Assembly (NCBI GenBank): GCA_963664115.2
Contig: CAXWPJ010000009.1
Location: 736,001 to 800,000 of the forward strand
Direction: 5' to 3'
DNA length: 64,000 bases
Source of the DNA: Terriglobia bacterium
GTDB lineage: Bacteria; Acidobacteriota; Terriglobia; 20CM-2-55-15
Both the position numbers and the translations under genes were made by a program. The notes under the pieces are model-generated. The model saw nothing but the letters and a program-made list of their open reading frames with translations, was not told where the DNA came from and did no database searches. This document shows, in pieces, positions 58,062 to 64,000 of the stretch; the stretch's first letter is position 1, and each line of letters begins with the position of its first letter.

Positions 58062-58577
58062 CTACTCAGACTCGCTCTCAGGTTCGGATTCGGTCGGAGG
58101 AGATGTTGCCTCTCCAGTTTCGGCCCCGGCTTCGGCTTCGGCCTCTACTCTGAGTTTAACTTCTGCAACGACGTCGGCGAACAAGCGTATAGGAATGACA
58201 AACTCACCCAACTGCTTGATGTGATCATCGAGGTTGATCTTTCGTTTGTCCACCTTGAAACCCTTCTTCTCAAGTTCATCGGCAATATCACTGGTGGTCA
58301 CTGAACCGTACAGCACTTCCTGTTCGCCAACACGGCGGGTCACAGTGATCTCGACAGCGTTCATCACCTCGCGAAGCTTCTCAGCTTCACCTTTCTGTTT
58401 TGCCTCGCGGCGGAGCAGGTTGTTGCGTTCCTGCTCCATTATCTTGAGATTTCCAGGCGTCGCCGGATAAGCCAGCTTGCGGGGCACCAGGTAGTTGCGG
58501 GCGTATCCTGCCTTCACGGTCACAACGTCACCGGGATGACCAAGCCGTTCGATTGCCTCTCTCAAGATGATTTCCAT
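58062..58577 (-). CDS. rplI: 50S ribosomal protein L9
   Basis: VKAGYARNYL..LYGSVT. Confidence 0.97.
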   Translation of the reverse strand: MEIILREAIERLGHPGDVVTVKAGYARNYLVPRKLAYPATPGNLKIMEQERNNLLRREAKQKGEAEKLREVMNAVEITVTRRVGEQEVLYGSVTTSDIADELEKKGFKVDKRKINLDDHIKQLGEFVIPIRLFADVVAEVKLRVEAEAEAGAETGEATSPPTESEPESESE

Positions 58578-58621
58578 ACTGAATCCTTTTAACTGAATCG
58601 ATTTTGAAGGAACTCTTTCTG

Positions 58622-58849
58622 CTATTCCGTCGTAAACGGCAAGAGGGCGATATTACGCGCTTTCTTGATCGCATCCTTCAATTGCCGCTGATGCGGTGAA
58701 CAAACACCCGAAATCCGTCTCGGCAGAATTTTGGCGCGCTCTGGGACAAACTGGGACAGGAGCCTCGCGTCCTTATAATTAATTGAATCAATCTTTTCGA
58801 CGCAGAATTTGCAAACTTTCCTCCGTCGGTAGAACTGCTTTTGCACCAC
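58622..58849 (-). CDS. rpsR: 30S ribosomal protein S18
   Basis: [21 protein letters not shown]. Confidence 0.97.
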   Translation of the reverse strand: MVQKQFYRRRKVCKFCVEKIDSINYKDARLLSQFVPERAKILPRRISGVCSPHQRQLKDAIKKARNIALLPFTTE

Positions 58850-58885
58850 TCCTATTTCTCCTTAAACTGGCACCCTGTTACAGGT

Positions 58886-59284
58886 TCACTGAGATCCGTT
58901 GGCCGCGGATTGTTCAGCTGAACTTTCAGAATCCGGACTCGCGGAAGAGGATTTCTTTTGCCGGATCGCTCGCACTTTTTGCAGTTTCTTTTCTGCCTCG
59001 TCAATCCGTACCGTCAGGTATCGTAGAACCGAATCCATGACACGGAAACGCCGTTCCACTTCCTTAATGACGTTGCCGTCCGTCGCTACCGTAAACAACA
59101 CGTAGAATCCCTGGTTGTGCTTCTGGATCTCGTAAGCCAGTCTTTTTCGGCCCAACTTTTCAATGCTCTCGACCTGGCCGCCGCCATCGGTCACCAGGCC
59201 TTCGACCTGAGCATTCAGCTGGTCGATCTCGTCTTCCGGCATATTCGGATCGACGATGAACATGATTTCGTACTTTCTAATCAA
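58886..59284 (-). CDS. rpsF: 30S ribosomal protein S6
   Basis: KYEIMFIVDP..GRKRLAYEI. Confidence 0.96.
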   Translation of the reverse strand: MIRKYEIMFIVDPNMPEDEIDQLNAQVEGLVTDGGGQVESIEKLGRKRLAYEIQKHNQGFYVLFTVATDGNVIKEVERRFRVMDSVLRYLTVRIDEAEKKLQKVRAIRQKKSSSASPDSESSAEQSAANGSQ

Positions 59285-59339
59285 TGATATTTACTCCAAC
59301 AAACAGCAAGCCGCGGCGTCAAACAGTCGCCGGACCCGA

Positions 59340-59945
59340 TCAGGTTTCCAATTCTCGCAAATCCGTACCGTTGTACTCCGACATGGCAGATCGCGCTCCC
59401 GCTCTCAGTATGTGCTCTACGGCGTCCGCAGCCAGCACTTCGGCACGTCCGAGGGCGTCGCGGTCAGCCTGAGCGACCTCCGATAGTACAAACTCTTTAC
59501 CGTCCTGCACTCCTCGTGCCGGCATTATTCCCACCCGAACTCTAAGGTATTCGTCCGAACCGTAAGCCGAAGCAATCGATTTTAGTCCATTATGTCCACC
59601 GGCAGAACCCCTTTCACGAATTCGTATCTTTCCAAGTGGCAGCGCCAAGTCATCGGAGATCAAAAGCAAACGCGAATCATAACCAAATCTTTCAAGCAGC
59701 GTCACCAGCGCGACGCCGCTCCGGTTCATGTACGTTTTCGGTTGAATAAGGACCGTTGCCACAGGTTCTCGGAGCCGCGCCACCCCCGCTTCTCCTATCC
59801 GCAAGGTCAGTCCGACATCGTAGCGGCCGGCCAGTAATTCTATCACTCGGAAACCCACGTTGTGATAGGACCGTTCGTATCCGGAACCGGGGTTCCCGAG
59901 TCCGATAATCAACCATGGGCCATCGTTTTCCGCTTCATCAGGCAC
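59340..59945 (-). CDS. pth: Peptidyl-tRNA hydrolase
   Basis: GLGNPG..HNVGF..PKTYMNRSG..GGHNGLKS. Confidence 0.95.
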   Translation of the reverse strand: MPDEAENDGPWLIIGLGNPGSGYERSYHNVGFRVIELLAGRYDVGLTLRIGEAGVARLREPVATVLIQPKTYMNRSGVALVTLLERFGYDSRLLLISDDLALPLGKIRIRERGSAGGHNGLKSIASAYGSDEYLRVRVGIMPARGVQDGKEFVLSEVAQADRDALGRAEVLAADAVEHILRAGARSAMSEYNGTDLRELET

Positions 59946-59990
59946 GAATTCACAAAGGGCAAAGCTCCGCCAGTAGAGCAACAGAGGCGA

Positions 59991-60674
59991 CTACCCGCCT
60001 TCCCCTTCTTCCTTGTCGCTCTTGGCCGCGACTTGGCCATCCCCTTCTTCTCCCTCTGGGGCACCTTCCACTTCTTCGCCTTCAACCGGGACGGCCTCTT
60101 CCTCTTCTTCCGCACGTAAGGGAACAACGTGTACAACGACGCGGTCTCCATCCTCCAAGATCTCCACCCGCTCCAACACCGGGAGATCCCGGACACGCAG
60201 GCTCTCGTGCATATGCAGTTCGGAGACGTCACATTCGAAACGTTCAGGAATGTCCGCAGGCAGGCACTCGACTTCGATCTCCCGGACAACAACGTCCAGC
60301 AAACCACCTTCCGTCTTGATACCTATTGACTCACCGCGTATCACGATGGGAACGGTCACCTTCAGAACCTGATCCATCGCGACCCTCTGAAAGTCGGCGT
60401 GCAATATGGTTTCTTTAACCGGATCCACCTGCCAATCCTTGAGGATAACGTTATCCGTGTCGCCACCTTCGATCTTTAGATCCAGGATCGTATTGCGTCC
60501 CGCTTCGGATCTCAGGAGCCGAAATATCTCTTTCGGGTCGAGCGCGACGGGCACGGTCTTCCCTGAACCTCCGTACACGACCGCGGGCACCAGCCCGCTT
60601 CGTCGAATCCGCTTCGAAGCACCACTACCGAATTCGGTTCGGGCCTTCGCGTTTACTGTCGTTGTGTCTGCCAT
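59991..60674 (-). CDS. rplY: 50S ribosomal protein L25/Ctc
   Basis: RRSGLVPAVVYG..ILHADF. Confidence 0.96.
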   Translation of the reverse strand: MADTTTVNAKARTEFGSGASKRIRRSGLVPAVVYGGSGKTVPVALDPKEIFRLLRSEAGRNTILDLKIEGGDTDNVILKDWQVDPVKETILHADFQRVAMDQVLKVTVPIVIRGESIGIKTEGGLLDVVVREIEVECLPADIPERFECDVSELHMHESLRVRDLPVLERVEILEDGDRVVVHVVPLRAEEEEEAVPVEGEEVEGAPEGEEGDGQVAAKSDKEEGEGG

Positions 60675-60722
60675 CGTTTCTCTTCCTCAAACTGTCCTCT
60701 GTTTCTTCCGGGTCGAGCAGCG

Positions 60723-61661
60723 CTATATAAACAATACACTGACCGAAGTCTCCTCGTGAATGGACACTATCGCTTGTGCCAATAGCTCTGCCACGCTGAG
60801 GACGTGAACCTTGCCACACTCTTGGGCCGCCTCATTCAACGGCACCGTATCAGTAATTACGAGTTCTGCTAATGAAGACTTATGAATTCTCTCCGCAGCT
60901 GGACCGGACAAAACACCGTGGGTTGCACAGGCATAAACCTCCCGCGCTCCGGCTTCCCGCAAAGCTTCAACGGTGTTGACGAGCGTACCGGCCGTATCCA
61001 CCATGTCGTCTACGATAAGGGCCGAGCGGCCATTGACATCCCCGATCACGTTCATCACTTCGGCAACGTTCGCCACGTTGCGACGCTTGTCGATGATCGC
61101 CAATTCGCCTTGGAGGCGCTTCGCAAACGCCCGCGCACGTTCGACTCCTCCCGCATCGGGAGAAACGACAGTCAGTTTCGGAAGACTCAGCTTCTGGAAA
61201 AAATCCACCAACACCGGTGCCGCAAAAAGGTGATCGACGGGAATGTTGAAGAAACCCTGGATCTGGGCCGCGTGCAGGTCCATCGTCAACAAACGGTCCG
61301 AATTGAGCGCCAGTACGTCGGAAACGACCTTGGATGAGATCGGAACCCGGGGTTTGTCCTTCCTGTCCTGCCGCGCGTATCCAAAATAAGGCAGGACGGC
61401 CGTGATCCGCCGGGCTGACGACCGACGAAACGCGTCGATCATCAGCATGAGTTCCACCAGATTATCGTTGACAGGCGGACAGGTGGGCTGGACCACAAAG
61501 ACGTCGGCGCCTCGAACGTTTTCCAAAATCTGAAAGTAGATTTCTCCGTCGGCGAACCGGGTCGTCGAACACTCTCCAAGTTTGCAGCCCAGGTGCTTGG
61601 AGATATCACGCGCCAGTTCCTGGTTCGCGGATCCTGCAAATACCTTCAGTTCGTTGGTCAT
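60723..61661 (-). CDS. prs: Ribose-phosphate pyrophosphokinase
   Basis: [11 protein letters not shown]; [11 protein letters not shown]; [10 protein letters not shown]. Confidence 0.98.
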   Translation of the reverse strand: MTNELKVFAGSANQELARDISKHLGCKLGECSTTRFADGEIYFQILENVRGADVFVVQPTCPPVNDNLVELMLMIDAFRRSSARRITAVLPYFGYARQDRKDKPRVPISSKVVSDVLALNSDRLLTMDLHAAQIQGFFNIPVDHLFAAPVLVDFFQKLSLPKLTVVSPDAGGVERARAFAKRLQGELAIIDKRRNVANVAEVMNVIGDVNGRSALIVDDMVDTAGTLVNTVEALREAGAREVYACATHGVLSGPAAERIHKSSLAELVITDTVPLNEAAQECGKVHVLSVAELLAQAIVSIHEETSVSVLFI

Positions 61662-61701
61662 TATCTCTGAAGTAGTCCGCTTGCTACCGTAGTCTGTCGA
61701 A

Positions 61702-61773
61702 CTGGGGCGGGAGGATTCGAACCTCCGAATGCAGGTGCCAAAGACCTGTGCCTTACCGCTTGGCCACGCCCCA
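61702..61773 (-). tRNA. tRNA-Gln (TTG)
   Basis: TGGGGCG.., anticodon loop CTTTGGC, GTTCGAATCC. Confidence 0.95.
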
Positions 61774-61785
61774 TCGGGTGTCCGG

Positions 61786-62670
61786 TCAATTCTTGAACAT
61801 CTCCCTGAAATATTCCGATCGTTTTACCGGTCGCGTCAAGCTCACATCGAGTTCCCACTCTAAAACCGAGATGGCTTTCCTGGCATCAGACTGCGCACTG
61901 AATTGCCCGAACACAGTCGCACCGCTACCCGTCAACGAAGCGAAGCGGGCCCCTGAGCCCAACAATTTCCGTTTTATCTCTGCAAGTTCAGGGAATCGGC
62001 GAAAAAGCGGCGTCTCGAAATCGTTCGGACCGGTGTCGAGCGCCAGCTCATCGTCCCTCTGCGGCGACACAAAACGAGCACAGAAACTTAACATGTTATT
62101 GAAGCTAACAGACTCGGTCAACCAGGAATACGCTTCGGCAGTATCGATGGTGAGACCGGGATTCACCAGAACGAGCCAGTAATCCGCCTCGTCTTCGAGT
62201 GGAAACAGCTTTTCTCCCCGGCCAACACCGAGCGCTCTGCCACCCACTGAAAAGAACGGAACGTCCGATCCCAAAGCCTTCAGGATGCTAAAGAGTCTTT
62301 CACCTGGAAGCCGGGTTCCGAATCTCCGATCTAGCCCCAACAGCGTTGTGGCCGCGTCCGCACTACCTCCACCCAGGCCAGCACCCGCAGGAATTCGCTT
62401 GATCAATTCCATCCGGACGGGAACCTTGATCGAAGTTTCTTCCTCAAAAGCTCGCACCGCACGTACGACAAGATTGGAGTCGTCCCCTGGCCCATGGGTT
62501 GCTGTGAATTCAAACGTTTTCGCAGGCGAAACTCGAATTTCGTCGTGCAAGGCTATGGTCTGAAGCAGCGTTCGAATTTCGTGATAGCCATCGGAGCGTT
62601 GACCAAGAACGCGCAGTTCCAAATTCACCTTGGCGAAAGCCCTCCAAATTTCGTTTCCGATTCCCGTCAC
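61786..62670 (-). CDS. ispE: 4-diphosphocytidyl-2-C-methyl-D-erythritol kinase
   Basis: AKVNLEL..DGYHEI; [13 protein letters not shown]; GSDVPFF. Confidence 0.96.
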   Translation of the reverse strand: MTGIGNEIWRAFAKVNLELRVLGQRSDGYHEIRTLLQTIALHDEIRVSPAKTFEFTATHGPGDDSNLVVRAVRAFEEETSIKVPVRMELIKRIPAGAGLGGGSADAATTLLGLDRRFGTRLPGERLFSILKALGSDVPFFSVGGRALGVGRGEKLFPLEDEADYWLVLVNPGLTIDTAEAYSWLTESVSFNNMLSFCARFVSPQRDDELALDTGPNDFETPLFRRFPELAEIKRKLLGSGARFASLTGSGATVFGQFSAQSDARKAISVLEWELDVSLTRPVKRSEYFREMFKN

Positions 62671-62760
62671 CGAATGCCCTTATCTGGAACCGTCGGATTA
62701 TCGCAATCTGTTATTATCATTGCCGTTAAGGATATACCGCACCGCTGTTAGCAGGGCAGT

Positions 62761-62899
62761 GTGTAGGTCAATCTGGCAGTTCCCCTAATCCGAGCGTGTG
62801 GCATAACGCGCGGCTGGAGCCGGAGAACTTCCCTCCGACTAGAAAAGCTAGGCAAGGATACGGGTGAGGTAAGAGTTCCGAACGATTGAGCACCTACGC
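62761..62899. ncRNA. Candidate structured non-coding RNA, family unassigned
   Basis: Ends pair (GTGTAGGT/ACCTACGC, TCAATC/GATTGA) and enclose internal stems; intergenic. Confidence 0.4.
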
Positions 62900-62918
62900 G
62901 AACGAAATGCCACCGCCA

Positions 62919-64000
62919 TTACTCCAGGTAGAAAGTCAGGGTCAACTGAAAAGAGTACTCGGTCGATTCAAATCCCCGCCGCGCCGGCTCGAAACGCCAC
63001 CGGCCGACCGCATCGAGGGCTGCGGCGGACAACTCGGGGTCCCCGGAACTTCGAACGCGAAGTTCTGCAATCCTTCCTCGACGGTCCAGATCCACATCAA
63101 GAACGACACGTCCCGCTATACCCCGCCGCCTCAAATCAGCTGAGTAATCCGGCATGGGAGCATCCATAAGAGGCGGAGCCGTGACTCCCTGCGTTCCACC
63201 GGACGAAAGCGAGTAACTGATCCGACCCACCGGAGCCGGCGTCTCGGGAACAGGGACCGGTCGCGGATCGACCCTATCGGCAATCACCTCGACCTCGCGA
63301 CGCAGTTCCTCCACACGTTCGGCTTCTCTTAAGCGGCGCTGGGATTCCATTTTCCTGTAAAACTCGGGTACGAGCCGGTCGTAACGCTCCAGCGACGACG
63401 GGTCTGCATGGGGCAGGGAGGCGGCGATCTGAATGTAGTTGCCGGCCGTCTCATAGTCGCCGAGACTCATCTGTGCCTCGGCGAGGATTTCGTAGAAGCG
63501 ATCTCCGAGTTCGGGCTCCAAGCGCAGGGCCTGATCGACGAGCGCCGACGCCGCGCTGGGCCTTTCATCAAGAACGTACAACCAACCCAGCTCCGCACGC
63601 GCCCTTCCAGACCGTGGCATCAACTCAATTGCACGCTCGAGCGCGACTATCTGCGCCCTACGATCTTCATCCGTTTCCGGCTCGAGGATTCCCAGGTAAT
63701 AGTAGGCAAGGCCCGACTCCGGGAAGTCCTCGACGAGTCGTTCGAAGGTTCGGCGGCCTCCCGATCCGGCTCGGCCTTGTCCCAGTACAGCCAATCCGAT
63801 GCGTCCAGCTTCCAGCAGACTGTCCGCGTAGAAACTCCTGGCGCGCGGTCCGAATCCGGCGGAGACCGCAAGGTCTCCCAGCATGGCATTGAGTTCGCCT
63901 GTTCTCACAGGCCGGGACTCCGACCTTAGACGCGTCGCCAAAAACGGTAAGGAACCAACCTCATGCTGAAACAACTGGCTCTCCACGCTCTCGGTCGCGA
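62919..64000 (-). CDS. TPR-containing protein with TonB C-terminal domain (5' truncated)
   Basis: TPR-like helices; PDYS..RRRGIAGRVVLDV..ALDAVGRWRFEPA. Confidence 0.8.
   Translation of the reverse strand, partial: ATESVESQLFQHEVGSLPFLATRLRSESRPVRTGELNAMLGDLAVSAGFGPRARSFYADSLLEAGRIGLAVLGQGRAGSGGRRTFERLVEDFPESGLAYYYLGILEPETDEDRRAQIVALERAIELMPRSGRARAELGWLYVLDERPSAASALVDQALRLEPELGDRFYEILAEAQMSLGDYETAGNYIQIAASLPHADPSSLERYDRLVPEFYRKMESQRRLREAERVEELRREVEVIADRVDPRPVPVPETPAPVGRISYSLSSGGTQGVTAPPLMDAPMPDYSADLRRRGIAGRVVLDVDLDRRGRIAELRVRSSGDPELSAAALDAVGRWRFEPARRGFESTEYSFQLTLTFYLE

Overview
Bacterial chromosomal window, most likely Acidobacteriota (RpoA starting [12 protein letters not shown], Cys-rich zinc insertion near the RpoB N-terminus). 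About 50 kb (14.3-62.7 kb, minus strand) is the core translation/transcription supercluster: ispE-tRNA-Gln-prs-rplY-pth-rpsF-rpsR-rplI-dnaB-radA-PIN/TRAM-ispDF-gltX-rlmB, a tRNA-tuf-rpmG-secE-nusG-rplKAJL-rpoBC block, and the str, S10, spc and alpha operons, followed by hppA. A frameshifted IS1380 flanked by a 34-bp direct repeat sits inside the tRNA-tuf operon. The accessory part is 3.6-10.9 kb. It holds an integrase-less integron cassette array: an attI-like site, 4 intact attC sites and 1 truncated one, a HigBA-type TA cassette, LexA-HTH-like, RusA-like and unknown cassettes. An IS3 remnant lies where intI would be expected. The block is bounded by an 18-bp direct repeat that contains the stop codons of both flanking genes, and it adjoins a trypsin-like protease-NACHT fusion with substituted catalytic motifs. 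Also seen: a TPR-glycosyltransferase split by an in-frame TAG, several REP/MITE-like elements, and an unexplained ~140-nt structured RNA candidate upstream of ispE. All calls come from reading motifs by eye; no database searches were run.
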